Source: an uncultured delta proteobacterium (GTDB lineage Bacteria > Myxococcota > UBA727 > VGSZ01). Taken from it: a stretch of DNA of 64,000 bases. The notes below the pieces were generated by a model, which worked only from the letters and a program-made list of their open reading frames with translations, searched no databases and had not been told where the DNA came from. The stretch is from positions 224,001-288,000 of the forward strand of contig CAVZJB010000005.1 in NCBI GenBank assembly GCA_963775425.1, read 5' to 3'. The translations under genes and the position numbers were made by a program. Positions 1 through 9,293 of the stretch are shown piece by piece (the first letter of the stretch is position 1; every line of letters starts with the position of its first letter).

Positions 1-198
1 CGGCGCGCCGTGCCGCGGGACGTCGGCGCACAGCCAATCCACGAAGAGGTCGGCGTCGCGCAGGAGCGCGGGCCCCTCGAGCGCGAGCAGCGGCAGGTCC
101 TCGTCGGGCACCTGGGTCCCGGCGTGGGGCACGCTGACGACGAGCGGGCCGAGCTCGTCGGGTTCTGCGGGGAGGATCTCGAAGGTCGCCATGGTCAT
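1..198 (-). CDS. N-formylglutamate amidohydrolase family protein (runs off window edge)
   Basis: Not in the ORF track. Manual translation from ATG 198 gives [31 protein letters not shown]...RDADLFVDWL, with the PHAG and DxDxxVD motifs. ATGA overlap with the upstream gene's stop. Confidence 0.8.
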   Translation of the reverse strand, partial: MTMATFEILPAEPDELGPLVVSVPHAGTQVPDEDLPLLALEGPALLRDADLFVDWLCADVPRHGAP

Positions 199-1094
199 CG
201 CATGCGTACCGCCGGGTTTTCGCCCGAAGGCGCGCCCTTGTCATCGTAGAGATAGAAACCCTTGCCCGTCTTTTTGCCGAGGTGCCCCATCTGCACGAGC
301 CGCTTGAGGATCCGGGGGGGCCGGAAGCGCTCACCGAGCTCCGCGTGCATCCCGTTGGCGATGGCGAGCCGCACGTCGAGACCGACCAGATCGCCGAGGG
401 CGAGGGGACCCATGGGGTGGCCGTAGCCGAGCTTCATGGCGGTGTCGATGTCGGCGACGCCGGCGACGCCCTCCTCGAGCATGCGCGCGGCCTCGAGCCC
501 GAGGGACACGCCGAGCCGCGAGGTGGCGAAGCCCGGGGCGTCGTTGGCGACGATGACGGTCTTGCCGATGCGCTCCGCGAGCGCGCGCGCGCGCTCGAGC
601 GTGGCGTCGGACGTCAGCGCGCCCTTCACGATCTCGAGGAGCTTCATGATGTGCACGGGGTTGAAGAAGTGAAGCCCCACGACGTCCTCGGGCCGCCTGG
701 TGGCCGCGGCGATCTCGGTGATCGACAGCGACGACGTGTTGGACGCGAGGAGCGCGCCGTCTTTCATGCGCCGGTCGGCGTCGGCGAACAGCTCGCGCTT
801 GAGGCCCATGTCCTCGGGGATGGCCTCGACGAGGAGGTCCGCCGTCGCCAGCGCGTCCCGCGACGCGTCGCCCTTCAAGTGGCCGAGCGCCTGGTCGCGC
901 GCGGACGCGGCGAGCTTGCCCTTGTGCACGCCGGCCTCGAGGTTCTGCTTGATGCGCTCGAGGCCGCGCTCGACGAATTCCGGTTTGACGTCGACGAGCG
1001 TGACGTCGATGCCGGCGACGGCGAGCACGTGGGCGATGCCGTGGCCCATGGTGCCCGCGCCGACGACGACGGCCTCTTCGATCTTGTCGCTCAT
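195..1094 (-). CDS. 3-hydroxyacyl-CoA (3-hydroxybutyryl-CoA) dehydrogenase
   Basis: [21 protein letters not shown] Rossmann motif; [36 protein letters not shown] 1094 overlaps the thiolase stop. Confidence 0.95.
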   Translation of the reverse strand: MSDKIEEAVVVGAGTMGHGIAHVLAVAGIDVTLVDVKPEFVERGLERIKQNLEAGVHKGKLAASARDQALGHLKGDASRDALATADLLVEAIPEDMGLKRELFADADRRMKDGALLASNTSSLSITEIAAATRRPEDVVGLHFFNPVHIMKLLEIVKGALTSDATLERARALAERIGKTVIVANDAPGFATSRLGVSLGLEAARMLEEGVAGVADIDTAMKLGYGHPMGPLALGDLVGLDVRLAIANGMHAELGERFRPPRILKRLVQMGHLGKKTGKGFYLYDDKGAPSGENPAVRMR

Positions 1095-2290
1095 GGCCGC
1101 TCCACGATGACGGCGACGCCCTGGCCCACGCCGACGCACAGCGTGGCGAGGCCGACGGCGAGGTCCTTGTCCTCGAGCACGTGCAGGAGCGTGGTGAGGA
1201 TGCGCGCCCCCGAGCAGCCGAGCGGGTGGCCGAGGGCGATGGCGCCGCCGCGCACGTTGACGACGTCCTCTTGCAGGTCGAGCTTGCGCATGCACGCCAG
1301 CGACTGCGCCGCGAAGGCCTCGTTGAGCTCGACGGCCTCGAGATCCTTGATGGTCATGTCGGCGCGCTGGAGCGCCTTTTCGGTGGCGGGCACCGGGCCG
1401 TAGCCCATGGTCCGCGGCGACACTCCCGCCGAGGCCGCCGCCTTGATGACCGCCCGGATCTTCAGGCCGTGGGCGTCGGCGAAGGCGCGGGAGGTGACGA
1501 CGAGCGCGGCGGCGCCGTCGTTGAGCGACGACGCGTTGCCGGCGGTGACGCTGCCGCCCTGGCGAAACGCGGGCTTGAGCTTCTCGAGCGCGGCGAGGTT
1601 GGTGTCCGCGCGGGGACCCTCGTCGACGGAGACGGTGATCTCCGGACCCTTCCTTTGCGGGATGGCGACCGGCACGATCTCGCGGGCGAAGTCCTTCTCG
1701 CTGGCGACGGCGAGCTGGTGGGAGCGCAGGGCGAACGCGTCCTGGTCGGCGCGCGACACGCCCATCTCCTCGACGATGTTCTCCGCCGTCTCGCCCATCT
1801 GCTCGAGGGGAAACAGCCGCTCCATCTTCGGGTTGGGGAAGCGCCACCCGAGCGCCGTGTCGAACACCGCGGGCGCCCCCGTGGGGAAGCCGGCCGCCGG
1901 CTTCATCATGCTCCAGGGCGCGCGGGTCATGCTCTCGACGCCGCCGGCGACGCAGACCTCGGCGTCCCCGACCTTGATCATCCGCGCGGCCTGGACGACC
2001 GCTTCGAGGCCGGAGGCGCACAGCCGGTTGAGCGTCACTCCCGGCACGTGCTCCGGCAGGCCCGCCAAGAGCGACGCCATGCGGGCGACGTTGCGGTTGT
2101 CTTCGCCCGCCTGGTTGGCGCAGCCGGCGAAGACCTCGTCGACGACGGCGCCGTCGACGCGGGCGCGCCCGACGGCCTCCTTGACCACGAGGGCCAAGAG
2201 GTCGTCGGGGCGGACGGCGGAGAGCGCCCCGCGCAGCTTCCCGATGGGGGTGCGACAGGCGCTCACGATCACGGCATCGCGGTCGGTCAT
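1091..2290 (-). CDS. Thiolase (acetyl-CoA C-acyltransferase, PaaJ/PcaF-like)
   Basis: [44 protein letters not shown]. Start may be 2299. Confidence 0.95.
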   Translation of the reverse strand: MTDRDAVIVSACRTPIGKLRGALSAVRPDDLLALVVKEAVGRARVDGAVVDEVFAGCANQAGEDNRNVARMASLLAGLPEHVPGVTLNRLCASGLEAVVQAARMIKVGDAEVCVAGGVESMTRAPWSMMKPAAGFPTGAPAVFDTALGWRFPNPKMERLFPLEQMGETAENIVEEMGVSRADQDAFALRSHQLAVASEKDFAREIVPVAIPQRKGPEITVSVDEGPRADTNLAALEKLKPAFRQGGSVTAGNASSLNDGAAALVVTSRAFADAHGLKIRAVIKAAASAGVSPRTMGYGPVPATEKALQRADMTIKDLEAVELNEAFAAQSLACMRKLDLQEDVVNVRGGAIALGHPLGCSGARILTTLLHVLEDKDLAVGLATLCVGVGQGVAVIVERP

Positions 2291-2373
2291 GGGCTCCATC
2301 CCTAGATCCTCGGTTAGGCTCTTGGTTGTCCCCCTGCGCCGCGGTGCGCAAGGTGGGTTGAAGGACACGCCGC

Positions 2374-3507
2374 TTGAATCCCTGGGTCCAGCGCTTTCTC
2401 ATCTCCTTTGCCGCGGGCGCCGCCACGTCCGGGGTCGTCGCGGGCACGGCCAAGAAGCCGCACCGCCTGAAAAAGCGCAAGAAGAAGCGGAAGAAGGACG
2501 GCACCCTCAAGGAGGAGCCCGTCTCCGTCGGGGCGATCGCCCTGAAGGACGCCCGGCTCCCCGAGGAGCGCGGGCTCACCGCCGGGGAGTGGCGCGACGC
2601 CGTCGTCGCACGCGGCAGGAGCGTCGCCGGCGTCTTCAAGCGAACGAAAAAGCCCGAGCCGTCGTCGTCGTCGTCGTCGCGGGAGCCCGACGAGGTGCAG
2701 AGCCGCGACGGCGCCCCGGTCTCGACCAAGAACAAGCGGCGCAAGCGCCGCGGGCGCGGCAAGAAGCGGCCTCAGGCGACCCTGTGGGACTCGGCCAAGG
2801 AGTCCTTCAAGCAGACCGTCAAGGAGACGGTGAAGGAAGAGGTCAAGCAGACGGCCGTCGGCGGCGCGTTCGAGAAGCTCAAGACCGTCGGCGCCAAGGT
2901 GAAGGAGGGCGCCAACACCGCCCTCGAAAACGCACAGAAGGCCGCCAAGAACGTCAAGCTCGACGAGAAGCTCAAGGACGCGCGGAGCGCCATCGAGGCC
3001 GCCGTCGCCGTCGCCCAGGGCGACGATCGCGAGCGCGCCGACGCGCGCGACGCGCTGCCCGGCACCGGATCGGCGGAGGGCGAGCCGCCCGAGGCCGCCG
3101 CCGGCGAGGGCGAGGCGCCCCCGACGTCGACGACGGGAGACGCCACGAGCGAGGCGGGCGACAACGTCGGCGAGGTCGCCAAGCGCGTCGTCGACGCGGT
3201 CGGCACCTGGCTCGAGGGACCCGGCGCGCCCCGCGCGTCCAGGCGCGTCCGGCCCGCCGTCCGGCACGCCGTCCGGCCCGCCGGAGGCGGCGACGTCGTC
3301 GAGGCCAAGGACGCCTCGTCCGCGCCCGTGACGCCCGGCGCCGCGCAGCCTCACCCCGCGCCGGGAGTCGGCGCGGCTGACGACGCGGGTGACGACGGCG
3401 GCGGCGGCGCGGGTGACGACGGCGGCGGCGGCGCGGGTGACGGCGGCGGCGGCGGCGCGGGTGACGACGGCGGCGGCGCGGGCGGCGGCGACAAAGCCGC
3501 GGAGTAG
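2374..3507 (+). CDS. Hypothetical low-complexity protein (hydrophobic N-terminus, basic patches, Gly/Asp-rich tail)
   Basis: 377-aa ORF with GC-rich third positions; KKRKKKRKK and [12 protein letters not shown] patches; helical K/E/A-rich segment; TTG start. Confidence 0.65.
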   Translation: MNPWVQRFLISFAAGAATSGVVAGTAKKPHRLKKRKKKRKKDGTLKEEPVSVGAIALKDARLPEERGLTAGEWRDAVVARGRSVAGVFKRTKKPEPSSSSSSREPDEVQSRDGAPVSTKNKRRKRRGRGKKRPQATLWDSAKESFKQTVKETVKEEVKQTAVGGAFEKLKTVGAKVKEGANTALENAQKAAKNVKLDEKLKDARSAIEAAVAVAQGDDRERADARDALPGTGSAEGEPPEAAAGEGEAPPTSTTGDATSEAGDNVGEVAKRVVDAVGTWLEGPGAPRASRRVRPAVRHAVRPAGGGDVVEAKDASSAPVTPGAAQPHPAPGVGAADDAGDDGGGGAGDDGGGGAGDGGGGGAGDDGGGAGGGDKAAE

Positions 3508-3890
3508 CGCGAGGCCGTCCCTCGACGAGGCTCGACGCCGACCCGGGTGAGCACCGCTTCGGCGGCGAGGGCGAAGCCGACGCCGGCGCCGATGCCGAGC
3601 GCGTCGTAGGCGAGGTCGCCGAACGACGGGGTGCCGAAGCCGGCCAGGTCGAGCGACTCCTTGCCGAGGGACACGGCAGCGCCCGCAGCGGCGCCGGCGA
3701 CGACGCGGGCCCACAGCGGCGCGTCGAGGGCGCCGGCCGCGGCCCACGCGCCGCCGGTGACGGCGACGTTCGCCGCGAAGTGCTCGAGCTTGTCGGTGCC
3801 CGAGATGTCGTCGAGGCCGCGGACGCGTTGCAGTTGGGCGGGCGCGGAGGACGCGATGACGAGGGCCACTGCGATGAGCGAACAGGCCAT
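3351..3890 (-). CDS. YfiM/DUF2279-like membrane or exported protein
   Basis: Signal-like N-terminus; DKLEHF...SLGKESLD...SFGDLAYDALG fits the family pattern DKxxHF...GKExxD...DLxxD. Confidence 0.65.
   Translation of the reverse strand: MACSLIAVALVIASSAPAQLQRVRGLDDISGTDKLEHFAANVAVTGGAWAAAGALDAPLWARVVAGAAAGAAVSLGKESLDLAGFGTPSFGDLAYDALGIGAGVGFALAAEAVLTRVGVEPRRGTASRYSAALSPPPAPPPSSPAPPPPPSPAPPPPSSPAPPPPSSPASSAAPTPGAG
3385..3480. repeat. 24-bp tandem repeat GCGGGTGACGACGGCGGCGGCGGC, about 4 copies
   Basis: Copies start at 3385, 3409, 3433 (one variant codon) and 3457 (shortened). Confidence 0.9.
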
Positions 3891-3948
3891 GGCAGGACGC
3901 TACCGCCGCAAACTGTCGCGGCGCGAACCGCCCGGCTATGGTCGAGGC

Positions 3949-5499
3949 ATGAGCGCCGCGGAGGAGGCAGGGCAGGCATCCGTCGTCACCCGCGTCTTCC
4001 CGCAAGCGTTCGGCCGCTACGTGCTCCTGCATCCGCTCGCCCGAGGGGGGATGGGCGCGGTCTTCCTCGCCAAGTACGCGGGCAACGCCGCGGCGTTCGA
4101 GCGCTTCTGCGTCATCAAGACCCTGCAGCGCCAGCTCACGGAGGACCCGGAGGCCGTGCGCCGCTTCTTCGACGAGCTCAAGGTCGTCGCCCAGCTCAAC
4201 CACAGGAACATCTGCTCCATCTTCGACGCCGGCGCCGTCGACGGCCGCTGCTACTTCGCCATGGACCACGTCGCCGGCGTCGACCTGCAGGCGCTCACCG
4301 AGCGATGCAGGCGAAACGGCGCGCCGCTGCAGCCCGCGCTCATCGTGCACATCATCGGGGAGGTGCTCGAGGCGCTCGGCTACGCCCACCGCCTCATCGA
4401 CGGCGTCACCGGGCGCCCCCTGGGCATCGTTCATCGCGACATCTCACCGCACAACGTGCTCGTGAGCTTCGAGGGAGAGGTCAAGCTCATCGACTTCGGC
4501 CTCGTCGTGTCGCGTTTGAAGACCAACCGCACGCAGCCCGACGTGGTGGTCGGCAAGGTCGCGTACATGTCGCCCGAGCACGCGTCCGGCAATCCCGTCG
4601 ATGCGCGCGCGGATCAGTACTCGGCCGCCGTCGTCGCCGCCGAGCTGTTCACCAACAGTGAGTTCTACGCCGACGTCCCCAGCCAACAGGCCATGTGGGC
4701 GCGCGCGGCCATGGGCGGTCACCGCCCACCCGGCTTCGCCGCGCTCGACCCCGCGCTGCGCGCCATCCTCGACCGCGCGTTGCAACCGAGCGCCGACAAT
4801 CGCTTCGACTCGTGCGAGGACCTGCGCGACGCCCTCGACGGGTGGGCCGCGCGCGCCGGGCTCCACGCGACGCCGCGCGCCCTCCGGGAGCTCGCGCGCA
4901 CCCACTTCGGCGCCGAGGCCGACGAGCGCCGCCTCCTCCTCGCGAGCTTCTCGGACATCAGCGCCGCCCCCGAGCGCGCGCCGGCGACCGCGGTCGCCCC
5001 CGCCGCGCTGCCGACGTTCACGAGCCCGCCGCTCACGCCGATGGCGCTCGCGTCGCCGTCGCCGCCGCGGAGGCCTTCGGCCCTCGAGGCGCCGACGGTG
5101 CTCGCGATCGAGGAGCCGCGCCGGCGGGCCCCCGACAGCGCGCCTGTCGTCATCGGCGTCGAGCAGGTGGCGCGCATGCAGGAGGCGCCGCCGCACCAGC
5201 GGGCCGTCGCGGGGGGCGGCTTCGAGGCCGCCCTGCGCGCGCTGCCGAAAGCGAGCGCGGGCGCCACCGAGGTCGTCGTGCGCGCGCCCGTCGACGACAC
5301 CGGCGAGTATCGGCCCGTTCCCCCGGTGCCGGTGATCGAGCGCGGCCGCTCCCTGCGGTCGCCGAACGAGCGCGGCCGCTCCGCCGCCGTCGGCGTCATC
5401 GCGCTCGTCGTCGTCCTCGCCGCATGCGCGCTGATCGCGGGCCAACGCCTCGGCTATGTCGACTTCCCCGCGCTCGCGTCGCTGGTCGGCCGTCCGTAG
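3949..5499 (+). CDS. Ser/Thr protein kinase with Pro-rich linker and C-terminal TM helix
   Basis: LARGGMGAVF, VIK, HRDISPHN, DFG, GKVAYMSPE; hydrophobic C-terminus. Confidence 0.95.
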   Translation: MSAAEEAGQASVVTRVFPQAFGRYVLLHPLARGGMGAVFLAKYAGNAAAFERFCVIKTLQRQLTEDPEAVRRFFDELKVVAQLNHRNICSIFDAGAVDGRCYFAMDHVAGVDLQALTERCRRNGAPLQPALIVHIIGEVLEALGYAHRLIDGVTGRPLGIVHRDISPHNVLVSFEGEVKLIDFGLVVSRLKTNRTQPDVVVGKVAYMSPEHASGNPVDARADQYSAAVVAAELFTNSEFYADVPSQQAMWARAAMGGHRPPGFAALDPALRAILDRALQPSADNRFDSCEDLRDALDGWAARAGLHATPRALRELARTHFGAEADERRLLLASFSDISAAPERAPATAVAPAALPTFTSPPLTPMALASPSPPRRPSALEAPTVLAIEEPRRRAPDSAPVVIGVEQVARMQEAPPHQRAVAGGGFEAALRALPKASAGATEVVVRAPVDDTGEYRPVPPVPVIERGRSLRSPNERGRSAAVGVIALVVVLAACALIAGQRLGYVDFPALASLVGRP

Positions 5500-5502
5500 A
5501 CG

Positions 5503-6426
5503 TCAGGCGCCCGGCGGCAACAAGGACGCGAGCGCCGCGTGCACCTGGCGGATGCTCTGCGGGCGATCGGCGGGGGACTTCTTGAGACACGCGAGCACGA
5601 GCGCGTCGAGCGCCGGCGGCACCGCGTCGAGGTCGGCGGGCCGCTGGCGGCTCGGTGCGGAGGCCTCGACGGTGGCGATGGCCCGCAGGAGCTTCTGCGT
5701 CGAGGCCTCGTCGAACGGCAGGCGGCCGGTGAGCGCCTCGTACAGGAGCACGCCGAGGCCGTAGACGTCGGCGCGGTTGTCGAGGTCGGCGGTGCCGAGG
5801 AGCTGCTCGGGCGCCATGTAGCCGGGGGTGCCGAGCTGGCGGCCGAGGGCGGTCTGGTGGCGCCGGTCGAGCGAGTTGTCGAGGAGCTTGGCGACGCCGA
5901 AGTCGAGCACCTTGACGAGCTCGCCGCCGTCGCGCCGCGCGAGGAAGACGTTCTCCGGCTTGAGGTCTCGGTGCACGAGCGCGGCGTCGTGGACGGCCGC
6001 GAGCGCGCTGGCGACGGCGACGGCGACGCCGACCGCGCGCGCGACGGACAGCGGGCCCTCCTCGTCGAGGGCTTCGGCGAGCGTACGTCCCTCGAGCAGC
6101 TCCATCACGAAGCCCGGCGGCCACGGCGGCGCGTCCACGAAGTCGGCGACGGCGACGACGTTCACGTGGGCGAGGCTGGCGATGGCGTCGGCCTCGAGGA
6201 AGAAGCGGCTGACGACGTCGGCGTCGAAGGCGTAGCGCGCACGCAGCACCTTCATCGCGAACACCTGGCCCGAGCCGACGTGCTCCACGCGGTACACCCA
6301 GCCCATCCCACCGGACGCGATCTGCTCGACGACCTTGTAGCCGCCGACGACGTCACCGGCGCGCGGCTTGTTCGCGTTGTTGCCGGTGGAGTCGCCCGAC
6401 GGTGTGGAGAGTCGCCTGCGGCGCAT
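5503..6426 (-). CDS. Ser/Thr protein kinase (kinase domain only)
   Basis: IASGGMGWVY, AMK, HRDLKPEN, DFG, GTPGYMAPE. Confidence 0.95.
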   Translation of the reverse strand: MRRRRLSTPSGDSTGNNANKPRAGDVVGGYKVVEQIASGGMGWVYRVEHVGSGQVFAMKVLRARYAFDADVVSRFFLEADAIASLAHVNVVAVADFVDAPPWPPGFVMELLEGRTLAEALDEEGPLSVARAVGVAVAVASALAAVHDAALVHRDLKPENVFLARRDGGELVKVLDFGVAKLLDNSLDRRHQTALGRQLGTPGYMAPEQLLGTADLDNRADVYGLGVLLYEALTGRLPFDEASTQKLLRAIATVEASAPSRQRPADLDAVPPALDALVLACLKKSPADRPQSIRQVHAALASLLPPGA

Positions 6427-6499
6427 CAACGCTCCGCTCGAACGCGGTCCCGGCGGCGCGGGCGTCTCGTCGGGAGCATTGGCGTACTATACCTTCCAC

Positions 6500-8254
6500 G
6501 TGGAGAAACCGGTCCTCGGCCTCGACTTCGGCACCACCAAGATGATCGCTGCCTGGATCGGCGCCGACGGCAAGGTGGTCTTTGCCGCGGGCGACGAAGG
6601 GGTGAGCGAGATCCCTTCGGTGGCGTCGTACCAGGGCACGCGCGGCTCCACCGTGCTCGGCACGGAGGCGCGAAAGCTCTTCTCCATCGATCCCAAGCGC
6701 ACGGTGGTGGGCGTGAAGCGCTTCCTCGGACGGCGCTTCCAGTCGGACTTCGTCGGCCGCAGCCGGCAGCAGTTCTTCTACCCGCTCGTCGAGGGACCGG
6801 GCGGGCTCACCGCCGTCGAGCAGCGCGGCGAGATCATCCCGCTCGAGAGGGTGGCGGCGCGGCTGGTGGGACAGATCGTCGAGCACGCCAACGCCGGCCT
6901 CGGCGTGCCCTTCGAGCAGTGCGTGGTCGCGTGCCCCGCGCACTTCACGCAGCGGCAGCGGCGCGCGCTGAAGGAGGTGGTGGAGTCGTGTGGCCTCGAG
7001 GTCGTCGCCATGATCCTCGAGCCCACCGCCGCGGCGCTCACGCTCCCGGACCCCGACCGCGAGCGCACGCTGCTCGTGTACGACCTCGGCGGCGGCACGT
7101 TCGACACCACGGTTTTGCGCGTGGAGTCAGGCGTGGTGCGCGTGCTCGCCACCGGCGGCGACGCGCTCCTCGGTGGTTTCGAGCTCGATCAGAAGATCGC
7201 CGCCGAGCTCATCGACATCTTCAAGCGGGACCACGGCGTCGACCTGCGCGACAACCCTCTCGCGATGCACACCCTCGTCGACGCGGTGGAGGCGGCCAAG
7301 ATCGCGCTCACCACCGCCGACAGCGCGCCGCTCTCCGTCACGCTCGTGGACCAAAAGCGCGGCTTGATCACGCTCGAACGCACGCTCACGCGCGGCGAGT
7401 TGGACGCGTTCGTGGCGCCGCTCGTGGAAAAGACCATCGGCATCGCCCAGGACGCGTTGAAGCAAGCGGGCCTCACGCCGGCGGAGCTCGACGACGTGCT
7501 CGTCGTCGGCAGCCAGACGCGCATGCCCTACATCCAAAAGCGCGTCACCGAGGCCTTCGGCAAGACGCCCAACCCGTCCGTGGATCCCACCCGCTGTGTC
7601 GCGGTGGGGGCCGCCGTCCTCGGGGGCGCCGAACAGATGCTCTTCGACGCGCTCGCGATGCCCATCTGCCTGATGTCGCCCGGGGCCGCGCCCCTCGAGC
7701 TGCTCCCCAAGAACACCCGCGTGCCCGCGACGCTCGCAAACGAGCTCGAGCGGCCGCCGGGGCCGCTCCTCGGCGTCGTCTATGAGGCCACCGACGTCGC
7801 CGCCATCGACCGCGACGTCCTCGGCCGCCTGGTGCTCCCCGCCGACTGGCACGCCACCCACCCCGGCCCGTACACGCTCGAGGTGCGGTGCACCGCCGCC
7901 TTCGATCTGTCCTTCGCCGTGTCCGCCGGCGGCGAGCGCGTCGCGCTGTCGCTCGATGATCCCGCGCGCCCGGCGTCGCCGGCGCCGTCGGCCGAGCGCG
8001 CGTGCGACCTCGCTTGCATGGTGCGCACGTCCGCCGGCGGCGCCCCGGTGCCCATGAAGGCCGTGCGCGTCGGCCCCACCGCCATGGCGCTCGAGGGACG
8101 CGCGCTGCCCGCCGGCCCCGTCGAGGTCTCCGTGCGCCGCGGCCGCGACATCCACGTCGTCCGCGGCACGGTCGACGCCGCCAACGCCCGGGCGGTGCGC
8201 CTGCAGCCGGGCGACGCTCTCACCAGGCTCCTCGCGTCGCTGCCTCCGGCGTAG
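6500..8254 (+). CDS. Hsp70/DnaK-family paralog with reduced substrate-binding domain and extra C-terminal beta domain
   Basis: GLDFGTT, VKRFLG, PAHFTQRQR, EPTAAAL, VYDLGGGTFD, GSQTRMP, VAVGAA. GTG 6500 chosen to avoid overlap with the divergent kinase. Confidence 0.9.
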   Translation: MEKPVLGLDFGTTKMIAAWIGADGKVVFAAGDEGVSEIPSVASYQGTRGSTVLGTEARKLFSIDPKRTVVGVKRFLGRRFQSDFVGRSRQQFFYPLVEGPGGLTAVEQRGEIIPLERVAARLVGQIVEHANAGLGVPFEQCVVACPAHFTQRQRRALKEVVESCGLEVVAMILEPTAAALTLPDPDRERTLLVYDLGGGTFDTTVLRVESGVVRVLATGGDALLGGFELDQKIAAELIDIFKRDHGVDLRDNPLAMHTLVDAVEAAKIALTTADSAPLSVTLVDQKRGLITLERTLTRGELDAFVAPLVEKTIGIAQDALKQAGLTPAELDDVLVVGSQTRMPYIQKRVTEAFGKTPNPSVDPTRCVAVGAAVLGGAEQMLFDALAMPICLMSPGAAPLELLPKNTRVPATLANELERPPGPLLGVVYEATDVAAIDRDVLGRLVLPADWHATHPGPYTLEVRCTAAFDLSFAVSAGGERVALSLDDPARPASPAPSAERACDLACMVRTSAGGAPVPMKAVRVGPTAMALEGRALPAGPVEVSVRRGRDIHVVRGTVDAANARAVRLQPGDALTRLLASLPPA

Positions 8255-8276
8255 GGCTGCGGAGGGGGGGGCGCGC

Positions 8277-8798
8277 TCAGCGCACGGCGGCGGAGCTTCG
8301 GACGTCGCGGACGACCAGCGTGTTGGTGCGCTCGTCGACGGTGACCGTCCCCCGCGGCGACAACAGCGCCTTCACCTTGTCGGCCATCTCCCTGGCCGGC
8401 GTGTAGTTGCAGGGGATGAGGCGCGTGACGAGCGGACCGGAGCGCTCGCGCCGGGCGGCGAGGTCGAGGGCGCGCTCCTCGGCGGCGTCGAGCGCGGCCT
8501 GGGGGGCGATGAAGATGATGTCGCCGTCCCTCTGCGAGCCGAAGCCCTTGGTGCGCAGGATGACCTCGAGGGCCTGGTCCCACGGCACGTCCGCGAGCTT
8601 GATGGTGACCTTGCCCTTGATGTCGTCGCCGAACACGATGTTCTTGCCGCTGACGTCGCCGATGAGCCGCAGGACGTTGCCGATGTCCGCGTTTTGCAGG
8701 TCGATGGTGATCTTCTTGCCCGTATAGCGGTGCCCCGGCGGCCTGGCCGTGGCGGCGAGCGAGAGCGACAGGGCGACCGCGATGAGCCAGAAGCGCAT
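8277..8798 (-). CDS. Stand-alone secretin N-terminal (STN/N0 + N1) protein, PilQ-like, no barrel domain
   Basis: Signal peptide, then YTGKKITIDLQNADIGNVLRLI...VPWDQAL...LLSPRGTVTVDERTNTLVVRD, then stop. Confidence 0.85.
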   Translation of the reverse strand: MRFWLIAVALSLSLAATARPPGHRYTGKKITIDLQNADIGNVLRLIGDVSGKNIVFGDDIKGKVTIKLADVPWDQALEVILRTKGFGSQRDGDIIFIAPQAALDAAEERALDLAARRERSGPLVTRLIPCNYTPAREMADKVKALLSPRGTVTVDERTNTLVVRDVRSSAAVR

Positions 8799-8830
8799 GT
8801 CCACCTCCGGCGGCCGCCGCCCCTGGGCCG

Positions 8831-9292
8831 CTACCCCTGGGTTCGGGCCGTGAACGCGAAGAGCATCGCCGGTCCGCCGCGGTGGGGGACGGCGACGAAG
8901 ATGGTGCCGCCGTTGGGCACCGCGACGAGGGTGTCGAATTTCAAGGCGCTGATGGACAGCTGGAAGCGCAGCTTGCCGCCCGCCTGTTTGCCGTGGGCGG
9001 CCACCTGGAGGAAGCGCCGGCCGCCCTTGTGGCCCTTGGGCTGCGGGATCTCCAGGGAGACGCGCTCCCCGGGGCGGATGGCGGTGGTCTGCGCGTCGAG
9101 GAGCTTGAGCTCCTTGAAGGGGAGCGCCTTGAGGTCCTTGGCGAACGCGCGCAGCCGCGGGTCCACGTGCTGCGAGGCGCCGCCGGGGCCGGGGACGCCC
9201 TCGATGACGCGCAGCTCGACGAGGTAGCGCTCGGAGGGGGCGTCGGCGGGCGCGTGCAGGGACATCACGGCGGTGAGGGCCAGGAGAATCAC
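8831..9292 (-). CDS. Exported beta-rich protein, possible miniature secretin-like domain
   Basis: Signal peptide; YLVELRVIE ... FDTLVAVPNGGTIFV ... MLFAFTAR; starts 1 bp after the anti-sigma stop. Confidence 0.7.
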   Translation of the reverse strand: MILLALTAVMSLHAPADAPSERYLVELRVIEGVPGPGGASQHVDPRLRAFAKDLKALPFKELKLLDAQTTAIRPGERVSLEIPQPKGHKGGRRFLQVAAHGKQAGGKLRFQLSISALKFDTLVAVPNGGTIFVAVPHRGGPAMLFAFTARTQG

Positions 9293-9293
9293 G

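Noticed and set aside
195-2762. 855-aa ORF as a single fusion protein
   Set aside because: Only 195-1094 is the dehydrogenase; the rest is an off-frame Arg-rich shadow of the thiolase and the next gene
3247-3282. 12-bp repeat GTCCGGCMCGCC, three copies
   Set aside because: Short in-frame coding repeat in a low-complexity protein; nothing further supports a role
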